This document shows positions 8,894 to 18,595 of a stretch of 64,000 bases of DNA, in pieces. The position numbers and the translations under genes are program-made. The notes beneath the pieces are model-generated. The model was not told the DNA's origin. It ran no database searches and was given only the letters and a program-made list of their open reading frames with translations. Each line of letters starts with the position of its first letter. The stretch's first letter is position 1. This stretch comes from a virus (taxonomy: Duplodnaviria; Heunggongvirae; Uroviricota; Caudoviricetes), in IMG/VR virus record IMGVR_UViG_3300037424_001372, positions 76,837-140,836 of that record. One strand, 5' to 3'.

Positions 8894-10482
8894 GGTTTTC
8901 CAATATTATTTAAATCGGTCAAAGGTTTATTGTTTAATATTATTGAATTGTTCAGGTAAGATATTTCTGAAAATACTTTAATCGTATTGTCGTGTATTTC
9001 AAATGATTCTATACTTAAATTGGGTTCAATACTAAGTATAATTTGATTATACACGTATCTTCTTCCATTAATAAAGGGATAATCTACTCCAACGCCAGTT
9101 AATGGTTCTACATAACCTTGTGGTAAAATATCTCGCCAAACATAAATACCAGACTCTTTTATCATTGTTGCGTAATTAGGTATTTCACCATAAGCTTGGC
9201 CATTTGGGTTTGGGGTTAATTCGACTCTTATTCGTAATTCATCTCCAATTTTATAATGTTTATTAAATTTAGTTACGCCGATATATTCTGAATCATTATA
9301 TATTCTAGTAGTACCATTAACTAAAACATAATCAGTCCCATTCGTATTTTCTTCGATATATGTTTTTACTAAATAAAAATCGTTTTCATAATTTAACCAC
9401 ATTTGTGATATAAATTCAAAATCATAGTTTGCATTTGTTTTAAATATTATCACACCTGTTGATGTATTCCAATAGTATTCATCGGTAATTTGATTATCCC
9501 AATTTTCGACATTGCTAGGATTATTAACAATACTTTGCCAAATTGATTTATTAAAAACAATATTTAAATTTGAATTATCTGGTGAAGATATTTTAAGTTT
9601 GGTAATATTTTCACGAATAATATCTAATTTAGCAGTATTAACAATATTATTTAAATATCTTAATCTAATTGGAATAAGTGGATTATATGACCATTCTAAC
9701 CAATAATTAATACCTTCTTTAATATATTTTGTTCTAATATAAAATTTTTGATTATCGATAACTTCTTGATAGAAATTATTTTTATCATAAACAACAATAT
9801 CTTGAATATATTCGTTATTATTGGTTTTTACAATACTACCAATAGTTAAATCGGTTGTATTTAAAATATTTTTGATTGGATTAATACTGTCCCATTTTTT
9901 AAATGACATTTCTTCATTAAGACTATTGTTTCTTCTATATTGAATGAATATAAACACTTCGGTAATTGGAAAACCAAAATAATCAAACATTTCACTTATA
10001 TCAATGTCACAAGTAAAATTAAACGAATAGATTTGTTCACCATAAACATTATTACTAAAACCAGCATTATAAATTTCAAAAGATTTGTTTGTGGCAATTA
10101 CTTGAAAATTCCTACCATAAAAATCATTACCTAAATCATTATAACTAGTTCCAGATGCAGGAGTAACTAAATAAAAATCAAATGAATTGAAAATGTTTTT
10201 TATATCGTTACTTGATTTAGGATTAAAGAAGTTATTTAAACCACTATAATTAGCAGATAATCCGTTTAACAATGATAAATATTCAATTCTACCATATATT
10301 CTATAAATAGCGTTTTTTTCTCTTTCTTCATCAAATACTTCCGTTGAGTTTACGGCATCATTAACAGTAAATTCAGTGTTTTCAGACAAACTATTAAATA
10401 ATTCGATTTTAATGATATTATCTTTATTAACACTATTAATGTTTTTTTGACTTCCTAATAATATATCGTATTGATTATCCAT
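8887..10482 (-). CDS. Putative virion structural protein
   Basis: Long ORF with a YVWRDILPQGY...DYPFING.RY motif. Start moved to ATG 10482 because a GTATTTAT motif (10494-10487) covers the upstream candidate starts. Confidence 0.5.
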   Translation of the reverse strand: MDNQYDILLGSQKNINSVNKDNIIKIELFNSLSENTEFTVNDAVNSTEVFDEEREKNAIYRIYGRIEYLSLLNGLSANYSGLNNFFNPKSSNDIKNIFNSFDFYLVTPASGTSYNDLGNDFYGRNFQVIATNKSFEIYNAGFSNNVYGEQIYSFNFTCDIDISEMFDYFGFPITEVFIFIQYRRNNSLNEEMSFKKWDSINPIKNILNTTDLTIGSIVKTNNNEYIQDIVVYDKNNFYQEVIDNQKFYIRTKYIKEGINYWLEWSYNPLIPIRLRYLNNIVNTAKLDIIRENITKLKISSPDNSNLNIVFNKSIWQSIVNNPSNVENWDNQITDEYYWNTSTGVIIFKTNANYDFEFISQMWLNYENDFYLVKTYIEENTNGTDYVLVNGTTRIYNDSEYIGVTKFNKHYKIGDELRIRVELTPNPNGQAYGEIPNYATMIKESGIYVWRDILPQGYVEPLTGVGVDYPFINGRRYVYNQIILSIEPNLSIESFEIHDNTIKVFSEISYLNNSIILNNKPLTDLNNIGKPC

Positions 10483-10571
10483 ATCCATAAATACCAATAT
10501 TTTTTAATAATTTGTAACAATTAGAATATTTTATCGTAATAATTGACATATTCTAACTAAATTTTTATAAT

Positions 10572-11039
10572 ATGAAAACATTAAATTATTTACCAATTAT
10601 CTTATTCTTAACAACAATTTCAATGACAAGCTGTAGTAAAGAAAATGATCAGATTAACGATGGACTTATTAACAAAGATCAGATTAATGATGAACCTATT
10701 GACACAAGTACTCTCGAACAAAAACATCTTGATTGGAAAAATCTGACTTATGTTCGTACTGAAAGAGATGGTGTTGTTCTCGATGTTGTTTATGTACATC
10801 CATATTCGATTAAAATTGTTGGTAATGATATAATTATTAAAGATCAAGAACATGATAAAATTTTTGAAGAAACATGTAATGATATTGAACTTATTTCGAA
10901 TGAAGTTTATTTTTATCAACCGGATTTAACAAATGTATCTTATCCAAGATACATTTGGAATTATGAAAAAAATAGTGGTTATATTTTATTAAGCACCACA
11001 GGTGCTTCCAATTATAAACATTGGATGAAGATAAACTAA
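10572..11039 (+). CDS. Lipoprotein (moron-like), Bacteroidota type
   Basis: Signal peptide II MKTLNYLPIILFLTTISMTS-C followed by SKEND. Opposite in orientation to the flanking genes and has its own terminator. Confidence 0.75.
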   Translation: MKTLNYLPIILFLTTISMTSCSKENDQINDGLINKDQINDEPIDTSTLEQKHLDWKNLTYVRTERDGVVLDVVYVHPYSIKIVGNDIIIKDQEHDKIFEETCNDIELISNEVYFYQPDLTNVSYPRYIWNYEKNSGYILLSTTGASNYKHWMKIN

Positions 11040-11049
11040 AATAATAATG

Positions 11050-11068
11050 GGGACTTAATTTAAGTCCC
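11050..11068. terminator. Hairpin between convergent genes
   Basis: GGGACTTAA-T-TTAAGTCCC with A/T-rich flanks. Confidence 0.65.
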
Positions 11069-11074
11069 TATTTA

Positions 11075-13489
11075 TCATACTATTCTAAATTCCTTAACCA
11101 AAGCAATTATATCATTTTCATACATCCCCTTAAAAATATAAGCACTTGCATGGTCTTCGACAGCATAAATACTTGCATATTCATCCCATCCATATTCAGT
11201 ATATTCTTGTCCATTTGTGGTAGAACCACTACCAATTCCACCATATAATGGTCTTGGTTTAAGATATTTATATAAACTTAAATTTAATGAGGTGTCAATA
11301 CCTGTTTTAGCAAATATATCGCCTCTAGTATCACCAGTATATTTAATACTATCTGCTTCTTTAAACATACGTGTATCGCCTTTTCTATTCCATAAACCTG
11401 CATTAATACCTTTATATGGAATATTTGCCAATTTATTTAATTCATTAGATGGTAATTGTATGAAAGTCGTTTGAAACGCATCGCCCCTTAATAAATTACG
11501 AGTATTGGTGATGTATGCAAAAATTTTTTGATTATTTTGTGTGACAAAGTGTTCAGAACCATTAGTGGTATCCCAATGATAGACATCTGCGAAACTATAG
11601 TTACGATCTTTACCTGAATCATAGGCCCAAACATATTGTGGGAATATTAAACTGAAGTTTAACCATTGTCCGCCGAAATATCTATTAAATCGAAATTTAT
11701 TGGTTGTTGAATATATACTATTTTCTTGACTACTATTTTTAATGAATTTAACATTATATGGAAAATCATATCTATAAAATAAATCATTTACATCATTAGA
11801 ATATGTTGAACCAGATGTGGTTGGAACCAAATAATTTAAATCATCGGTTGAATCTGATTGTGTAATACTATCATATCCAGATGTTTTAAACCATAAACCT
11901 GCGGTGAATTTAGTATCGTAATAACTAATATCATTTGGAAATACACCAGTAGTGCCCATAGGATCATAGAACATATTTTCGGTATTATCTTTACCAATAC
12001 CATTATTATTAGTTGTTGATTTAACTGGCATAAATTGTGCTACTGCATAAACACTTCCACCGGTAAATGCAAAATATTCTCTTCTCCATTTATTATTATA
12101 TTCGTTAAATGTTAATCCGTCAGTATAGCTATCGCTATTAGTTGTACTATCACTAGCTCTCAATCCAGTACTTTGTGGAAGTTTTAACCAACCTCTAGCT
12201 TTATGTGCCAGATTAGGACCATTAAATTTTTTATCCCATGAATTATTAATTGGCAATTCTTCAAGGTTTGGATATTTAATCAACATCATACCATAAAATC
12301 TTGAAAAAATCCCCAATTCATAATCATCGTCAACAACGATCTCTTCACCCTCTTCATTAATATATGATTTTCGTCTATTACATTGTAGATTAATTAAAAA
12401 ACTGCCATCTTTTTGAACTATAAAATATTCTGATTTATCAACTTCATATATATCTTTATCATAATCAAAATCATTTGGGAATATTAATTGATCATTTATG
12501 TCTATTGGAATTCTATTAGAAAACGTAAATATTCTGATTTCAGGATTACTTACCCTATAAGTCCTTATATCAAGATTATTTCCAAAACCACCTGATTGTG
12601 TGTGCAAAGAATAAAAACCCCTGTCTTCATCATTTGCATCAGGATTACCATATATACCATAACTACCCATTGTCATTGTATTGCCAATAATTATGGTATT
12701 GGAAGTCAATACTGTTTTACTTGTTCTAAAATCTTGTCGGGTTATACCAATTTCAAAATTATCAACATCCCCCCAAAATGGTCTAATATCAACACTAATT
12801 TCCTGAGTTTCGATATTTGGTAAATTATTTAAATCATCACTGGGTTTAATTGAGGTATTATTATCAGTAAAAAGATTTTCGGAATAACCTGCAATAATCA
12901 TACTACTGGGATTCATACTATATTCACCAATATCTGTAATATCCACACTCATATGAATTAATTGTGTTCCAATTGGCAATCCAAAAATCATATAATCACC
13001 AAATTTATTTGTTAATGCAGTATATTTATAATATTTCTTATATACATTAATCAATAAATTATTTCCAAGGACCTCTTCTTTTATTGGAAATGAACCAAAC
13101 GGTTGACTTGGTTTATATGAACCGGTTTCATTGTTTATTTTAGCAACTCGTGGTAATAAATTATATCTCTTACCATTAAGATTTTTATCTCTTGGAGTTT
13201 TATATGGGTAAACACTATAAATTTCAGCATCATTTGCATCTTCATCAGTTAAAGGTATAAAAACACTAATTTTTGTATTAGGAATACCAACACCACCATT
13301 AGCTACAACCCTACCAACTAACACACCATAATCTGAATTAAAATTTTGATAAGCATCCTCTGTTGATATATTCATAGTTAAAAACTCAATTGTCTCAATA
13401 TTTTGTTCGAGCTTAACAACAATATATTTATCTTGATTTTCATTACCAGTACTACCACTATTAAAATAAATTCTTTGTGATTTATTCAT
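11075..13489 (-). CDS. Large virion structural protein with an N-terminal Ig/carboxypeptidase-regulatory-like domain
   Basis: YGVLVGRVVANGGVGIPNTKISVF...TNKFGDYMIFGLPIG. Start set at ATG 13489, just downstream of the late motif at 13512-13505. Confidence 0.55.
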   Translation of the reverse strand: MNKSQRIYFNSGSTGNENQDKYIVVKLEQNIETIEFLTMNISTEDAYQNFNSDYGVLVGRVVANGGVGIPNTKISVFIPLTDEDANDAEIYSVYPYKTPRDKNLNGKRYNLLPRVAKINNETGSYKPSQPFGSFPIKEEVLGNNLLINVYKKYYKYTALTNKFGDYMIFGLPIGTQLIHMSVDITDIGEYSMNPSSMIIAGYSENLFTDNNTSIKPSDDLNNLPNIETQEISVDIRPFWGDVDNFEIGITRQDFRTSKTVLTSNTIIIGNTMTMGSYGIYGNPDANDEDRGFYSLHTQSGGFGNNLDIRTYRVSNPEIRIFTFSNRIPIDINDQLIFPNDFDYDKDIYEVDKSEYFIVQKDGSFLINLQCNRRKSYINEEGEEIVVDDDYELGIFSRFYGMMLIKYPNLEELPINNSWDKKFNGPNLAHKARGWLKLPQSTGLRASDSTTNSDSYTDGLTFNEYNNKWRREYFAFTGGSVYAVAQFMPVKSTTNNNGIGKDNTENMFYDPMGTTGVFPNDISYYDTKFTAGLWFKTSGYDSITQSDSTDDLNYLVPTTSGSTYSNDVNDLFYRYDFPYNVKFIKNSSQENSIYSTTNKFRFNRYFGGQWLNFSLIFPQYVWAYDSGKDRNYSFADVYHWDTTNGSEHFVTQNNQKIFAYITNTRNLLRGDAFQTTFIQLPSNELNKLANIPYKGINAGLWNRKGDTRMFKEADSIKYTGDTRGDIFAKTGIDTSLNLSLYKYLKPRPLYGGIGSGSTTNGQEYTEYGWDEYASIYAVEDHASAYIFKGMYENDIIALVKEFRIV

Positions 13490-13504
13490 ATTTAAATATT
13501 TATT

Positions 13505-13512
13505 ATAAATAC
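13505..13512 (-). promoter_or_regulatory. Putative late promoter GTATTTAT
   Basis: 15 nt upstream of ATG 13489. Confidence 0.65.
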
Positions 13513-13539
13513 TAATATCTAAAAACCGTTTTTTTTTCA

Positions 13540-15534
13540 TTAATATAGTTTTAATGAAAATTTTATCGTTCCACAGTTATAGATTTTATAAATATTATGT
13601 TCGATTAATATTTCGTCAATAGTTTTATTATCATCATACCAACCCAATTCAATAATTCTTTTTTTTCTAAAATTAAATCTATGATATCTCTGTTTTTGAT
13701 TGTTAGCAATATAATAATATGATGGTTTGTTAACATGAACTTCGTTAAAACCAATTTGTTTGTATAAATTACCTTGACTAAATCTTAAATCTGCATATGT
13801 TATAATTTCATGTGGGTTGTATGTTTTAATAAAATATTTTAATAATTTACTCGCACCACCAATAACATGTGTATTAATTTTATTACAAAATCTTGATAAA
13901 TTAAAAAATTTATCAGAATTTTTAGCATTACCCAATCCTTTTCTTGCCGTATCAAAACACATAATTGAAACTAAATCATTATTATAATATAAACCAATTG
14001 AAATTTCAGAAGGAACTGCTCCTTGGACATGATTTAACATTAAGAAATCACTTGTAGTCGATTTATCAATTTCTTTTATGACTGTGTTTCTACCATAAAT
14101 ATTATTTTCAATAATATTTAGTTTTGACTTAATTATTGACTTTATTATTTCTTTTTTATAAATCCATTCATCTTCATAAACATGTAATAATTGAATACCT
14201 TTATTATTACATAAATTTGTTTTATTCAGATGATAATTTTTATCTTTAAATAATTCAGAATGCCAATAAAGACCATTAAATTCAATAGCTAATTTATATT
14301 CTGGAAGATAAAAATCTAATTCTTGTTTGTTATCTAAAATAGATTTATCATTATTAACCAATTTAATATTTAATGACATTAAAAATGATTTTAATTCTAA
14401 TTCAATTATTGATTTATTTTCAGAAACGGGATTACATTTAGTACAAATATTTTCATGTTTATTCCAAATTAATCTACTATATAACAATGATTTGGAAATA
14501 TTAAAATTATCATGTTTTTTACAATAATTATTAATAGTTACATAATCCCCAATAATATCAATATCATTTTGATTTACATTTAATAAATTAGAATATTTTT
14601 TTATAAAATTTAAAATATTGGTTTTTTTAATTTTTAATATTATTTCAGGTGATTTTGAAATATTATCGACACCATATTTTTTTATTGTTGTTTCTTTTGA
14701 TTTTATTCTATTATTAAAATTTTCATCACCATATTTTTCTAATTTTATTTTTTTTACACTTTCTTTAATAACATCGCTCTTCATTGGGTTGTCGACACCA
14801 TATTCTTTTATTAATGTTCTATTTTTTTTTAAACTAAATTCATTAGAATTAAAATAATGTTCAACATCATACTTTTCTTTAACAGTCTTTCTGATTTTGT
14901 TTTTAATCTCATCAGATTTATTAGGATTGTCGACGCCATATTTTTTTAAATTAGTATTTTTGACTATTTCTTTAATAACTTCACTCTTCATTGGATTGTC
15001 GACACCATATTTTTTTAAAAGAGTTTCTTTTTTTTTGTTTTTAACTTCATCTAATTGATTATGACTTTCAACATTGTATTTCAATAAATTAGTTTGTCTT
15101 GTTTTTTCTTTAATAGTTGTAAGTTTTTGAGGGTGCTCAATACCATATCGTCTAATATTGGTTAATTTAATTTTTTCTTTTATTTCATTAGATTGTAAAG
15201 CATATTTTACCCCATTTTTTATTATTGAAGTTTGTTCTCTTTTTCCTTGAACAGTTTTATCTAAACCAAGACATTTCATTGAACAATATGACGAATAACC
15301 TTCACTAAATTTTTTAAATCGAACATCATTTTCACAAATAATACATTTGGGTGGATTAATCATGTCATGAGTAATTAAATATAACATTTCTGAAAATGAA
15401 ATGTTGTTATCTAAAAACGTTTTAATTATCTCGTTATATAAATTAGTATAATATTTTTGAAAATATTCTTTTGTCATTCTTTTTCTATTGATTTTACCTT
15501 CAACAAAAATAATACTATAAATCTTTTCTTTCAT
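13540..15534 (-). CDS. Free-standing endonuclease, paralog B: Zn finger, 9 repeats, Vsr-like nuclease, Mom-like GNAT domain
   Basis: Same architecture as 792-2462 (ELDFYLPEYKLAIEFNGLYWHS; GGASKLL; TYADLRFSQG.LY..IGF). Start set at ATG 15534, downstream of the promoter. Confidence 0.75.
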   Translation of the reverse strand: MKEKIYSIIFVEGKINRKRMTKEYFQKYYTNLYNEIIKTFLDNNISFSEMLYLITHDMINPPKCIICENDVRFKKFSEGYSSYCSMKCLGLDKTVQGKREQTSIIKNGVKYALQSNEIKEKIKLTNIRRYGIEHPQKLTTIKEKTRQTNLLKYNVESHNQLDEVKNKKKETLLKKYGVDNPMKSEVIKEIVKNTNLKKYGVDNPNKSDEIKNKIRKTVKEKYDVEHYFNSNEFSLKKNRTLIKEYGVDNPMKSDVIKESVKKIKLEKYGDENFNNRIKSKETTIKKYGVDNISKSPEIILKIKKTNILNFIKKYSNLLNVNQNDIDIIGDYVTINNYCKKHDNFNISKSLLYSRLIWNKHENICTKCNPVSENKSIIELELKSFLMSLNIKLVNNDKSILDNKQELDFYLPEYKLAIEFNGLYWHSELFKDKNYHLNKTNLCNNKGIQLLHVYEDEWIYKKEIIKSIIKSKLNIIENNIYGRNTVIKEIDKSTTSDFLMLNHVQGAVPSEISIGLYYNNDLVSIMCFDTARKGLGNAKNSDKFFNLSRFCNKINTHVIGGASKLLKYFIKTYNPHEIITYADLRFSQGNLYKQIGFNEVHVNKPSYYYIANNQKQRYHRFNFRKKRIIELGWYDDNKTIDEILIEHNIYKIYNCGTIKFSLKLY
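14620..15228 (-). repeat. Nine coding tandem repeats (8 x 23 aa plus 1 x 19 aa)
   Basis: GTCGAC recurs at 14791, 14929 and 14998 (multiples of 69 bp). Example units: LLKKYGVDNPMKSEVIKEIVKNT, NLKKYGVDNPNKSDEIKNKIRKT. Confidence 0.9.
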
Positions 15535-15553
15535 AATACAATTAATTAGGTTA

Positions 15554-15585
15554 CAAAGATAAATACTTAATCTTTTAATTTCAAA
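15554..15585 (-). promoter_or_regulatory. Nested host-type (TTTG-N20-TATCTTTG) and late-type (GTATTTAT) promoter
   Basis: Minus strand reads GTATTTATCTTTG (15566-15554), with TTTG at 15585-15582. Confidence 0.65.
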
Positions 15586-15717
15586 TAATTTTTTAATTAA
15601 ATTAGAATAATAATTTGAAATTCGATTAAAAATGAAATAAAAAAATATAAAAATTGGATGATTATTGTGGCGGAATCTGAATTGTATCAAATAATTAGTC
15701 TTTTGAATATTTTTCTA

Positions 15718-15725
15718 GTATTTAT
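15718..15725 (+). promoter_or_regulatory. Putative late promoter GTATTTAT
   Basis: Upstream of the tail sheath gene. Confidence 0.65.
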
Positions 15726-15782
15726 TTGAAATAGAAATGAATTTTTCAATAAAAAATAAATATATTAAATAAAAAAAATAAG

Positions 15783-18548
15783 ATGGCAGATTTCGTATTT
15801 ACATCTCCGGGTGTTAAATTTAAAGAAAGAGATATTACTTTTGTAACACGTAATGTTGGTATCACGACATTAGGATTAGCTGGTGAAACATTAAAAGGAC
15901 CTGCTTTTGAACCGGTTTATATTCAAGACCAAACCCAATTTTTAAATAGATTTGGTGGACAAAGTATAAAAAGGTTTCAAAACGGTGAAAAAACATTACA
16001 ATATCAATTACCTTATGTTGCAAATGCTTTTTTGGAAGAAGCTCAACAACTTTGGGTAACTAGAGTACTTGGACTTAGTGGATATAAGGCAGGTAAATCA
16101 TGGAATATTTTATTAGATGCAGGTGTTGATTTATCTACATCAGGTGTTACAGGTTCTCCGGTAACAACAACAGATATTCCATTTACCGGAGCAGCTTATT
16201 TAGGCGTTTCACTTAATGGTATTGGGGTTACTGGTTCAACCGCCACAGGATACACAAAAAATAATAGTATTTTCTATCAAACAGTTCATGAATTCACTGC
16301 TACGACATATACTTCAGGTACTGGTACTGTTACTGATATAACAACAACATATTCAGCAAATTCATTAACAGAATATGAAAATATGGTATTGGCCGTTATT
16401 AGAAGTAGGGCGGTTTCAAATATTCCGATAGATTCAATTGCAGTAACAACACCCATTACAACTGATGTTGAAATTACTCAAAATGATACTTTAATTGATG
16501 CAGGTGATTTATTTGCGACAATTAAATTAGATGTTAATAATACTGATAATAGTTCGATATATTTTGGTACTAATGCAACATATTATGTATCATTAAATCC
16601 AAACGATTCCAACTATTTACCAAATGTTATAGGTCGTGAACCTAAAGATAAGAATACCATGATTTGGGTTCAAGCAATCTATCCAGATTTAATTAGAAAA
16701 CTTGATGCCGATAGCATTGCATATGGTATTAAATCAGAAATGATTGAAACTGATGAAAATAATACATATTTTGCGGATTATGAAGTTGGTTATCAAACAC
16801 CTGAAACTCCTTGGGTAGTATCTCAATTAAAAGGTAATAGTGTTGATAAATTATTTAAATTTATAAGTATTTCGGATGGAGATTCTGCTAATCAAGAAAT
16901 CAAAATTAGTATTGCAAATATTGACCCATATTCATTAGAATTTGATGTGGTTATTCGTGATTTTTATGATACCGATGCAAATGTTTCTGTTTTAGAAACC
17001 TATACAAGATGTAATTTAACCAAAGGTAGTTCAAATTATATTGGTCAACGTATTGGTACTAGTGATGGCGAATATAGTTTAATTAGTAAGTATATAATGG
17101 TAGAAGTTTCCGAAGAATTGGCTAATGATGTATACCCTGCCGGATTTGAGGGTTATTTGTTTAACAATTATTCGACTGAAGTGACCGGTAGTGCTACTGA
17201 AGGTATTTGTCCCGAAATATTTTATAAAACTTCTTATGCCGATACTGATAAGTTAGTGAAAACATATTTAGGTATTTCTGAATTAGCATATACTGGTAAT
17301 GGTATTAATCAAAATTTTTTTAATTTTAATAACTATTATAATGGTCAAACCGCTAGTGGATTTACTAAAACAAAAGGTTTTCACTTAGATTCTGGAGTAA
17401 CTATTATTACTGGAAATACCGAATTTGTTGGTGGTGCAGCAGCATTTAATACTACTGTTGATAGTAATACCACTGGTCCATATTATAACATTAAATCAAG
17501 AAAATTTACATTAGTTCCAGCAGGTGGTTTCGATGGTTGGGATGTAAATAGAACTGAACGTTCTTATGGAGATGATTATGTTCAAGGTGGAAGGAGAAGT
17601 GGACACCCCGGTGAACCATTAGTTGTTCCGACAAATGATTTTCAGGCATGGGAAACAGCTATAGATACTTTTGCTAATCCAGAGGATATTACTATTAACC
17701 TTTTCGCAACCCCCGGAATTGAGTGGGCTAATCAAACAACTTTAGTTCAAAATACTATTGATATGATTGAACAACAAAGAACAGATACTCTATATGTTAT
17801 TGATGCGCCTCAATTAAGCGAAGATTTTCTTTCAACAGTTGGTGATAGTGGTAAGGCAGATGTTTTAGCTGCCACAGAAATTGCCAATTTATTAGAAGAT
17901 ACATCGATAGATAGTAGTTATGCATGTACATACTATCCTTGGATTCAAATGCGCGATACTCAAAACAATGTTAATGTTTATATTCCACCAACTGGTGAAG
18001 TGGTTAAAGCAATGGCATATACTGATAACGTATCATTCCCTTGGTTTGCAGTAGCTGGTCTTAATCGTGGTGTTACTAACGCAAGAAAATCACAATTTAA
18101 ACTTTCTTTGGATGCTCGTGATATTCTTTATGCCGGTCGTGTAAATCCTATGGCAGATTTTGCAAATACTGGAACTGCTATTTTTGGCCAGAAAACACTT
18201 CAAGTTAAAGAAACTGCACTTGATAGGATCAATGTTCGTAGATTATTATTGCAAATCAAAGTGTTGATTTCAAATATTGCAGTTAGATTGTTATTCGAAC
18301 AAAATGACCAAGCGACTATCGACCAATTCTTAAATAAAGCAAATCCTATTCTTGATAGTATTAAACGTGAGAGAGGTTTAACTGATTTTAGAATAAAAAT
18401 GGATAGTAGTAATAACACCCCTGAAACTCGCGATAGAAACGAATTGTATGGTGAAATCTTCTTAAAACCAACTCGTTCGGTAGAATTTATTGGAATTACA
18501 TTCACGATAACGCCATCAGGAGCAAATTTTGCTGATGCAGGTGCTTAA
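15783..18548 (+). CDS. Tail sheath protein (T4 gp18-like)
   Basis: N-terminal SPGVKFKERD; C-terminal YYPWIQ..., PWFAVAGLNRG, VNP, FGQKTL, RINVRRLL, LFEQND, KPTRSVEFIGITF. Confidence 0.95.
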   Translation: MADFVFTSPGVKFKERDITFVTRNVGITTLGLAGETLKGPAFEPVYIQDQTQFLNRFGGQSIKRFQNGEKTLQYQLPYVANAFLEEAQQLWVTRVLGLSGYKAGKSWNILLDAGVDLSTSGVTGSPVTTTDIPFTGAAYLGVSLNGIGVTGSTATGYTKNNSIFYQTVHEFTATTYTSGTGTVTDITTTYSANSLTEYENMVLAVIRSRAVSNIPIDSIAVTTPITTDVEITQNDTLIDAGDLFATIKLDVNNTDNSSIYFGTNATYYVSLNPNDSNYLPNVIGREPKDKNTMIWVQAIYPDLIRKLDADSIAYGIKSEMIETDENNTYFADYEVGYQTPETPWVVSQLKGNSVDKLFKFISISDGDSANQEIKISIANIDPYSLEFDVVIRDFYDTDANVSVLETYTRCNLTKGSSNYIGQRIGTSDGEYSLISKYIMVEVSEELANDVYPAGFEGYLFNNYSTEVTGSATEGICPEIFYKTSYADTDKLVKTYLGISELAYTGNGINQNFFNFNNYYNGQTASGFTKTKGFHLDSGVTIITGNTEFVGGAAAFNTTVDSNTTGPYYNIKSRKFTLVPAGGFDGWDVNRTERSYGDDYVQGGRRSGHPGEPLVVPTNDFQAWETAIDTFANPEDITINLFATPGIEWANQTTLVQNTIDMIEQQRTDTLYVIDAPQLSEDFLSTVGDSGKADVLAATEIANLLEDTSIDSSYACTYYPWIQMRDTQNNVNVYIPPTGEVVKAMAYTDNVSFPWFAVAGLNRGVTNARKSQFKLSLDARDILYAGRVNPMADFANTGTAIFGQKTLQVKETALDRINVRRLLLQIKVLISNIAVRLLFEQNDQATIDQFLNKANPILDSIKRERGLTDFRIKMDSSNNTPETRDRNELYGEIFLKPTRSVEFIGITFTITPSGANFADAGA

Positions 18549-18556
18549 CATAAAAC

Positions 18557-18593
18557 AAAAAAAATGCGATATATTTAATATCGCATTTTTTTT
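18557..18593. terminator. Bidirectional rho-independent terminator
   Basis: A8-TGCGATAT-ATTTA-ATATCGCA-T8. Confidence 0.85.
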
Positions 18594-18595
18594 AT

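Noticed and set aside
14620-15228. 69-bp periodic DNA repeats as a CRISPR array
   Set aside because: The repeats are in-frame, degenerate at synonymous positions and encode a protein repeat. There is no constant repeat/unique spacer structure and no cas gene.
15535-15690. Longer N-terminus given by the ORF track for 13540-15690 (similarly 13540, 10497, 50323, 47916, 45706, 40378)
   Set aside because: These extensions use non-ATG or poorly placed starts and run through promoter motifs or upstream genes; downstream ATGs fit better.
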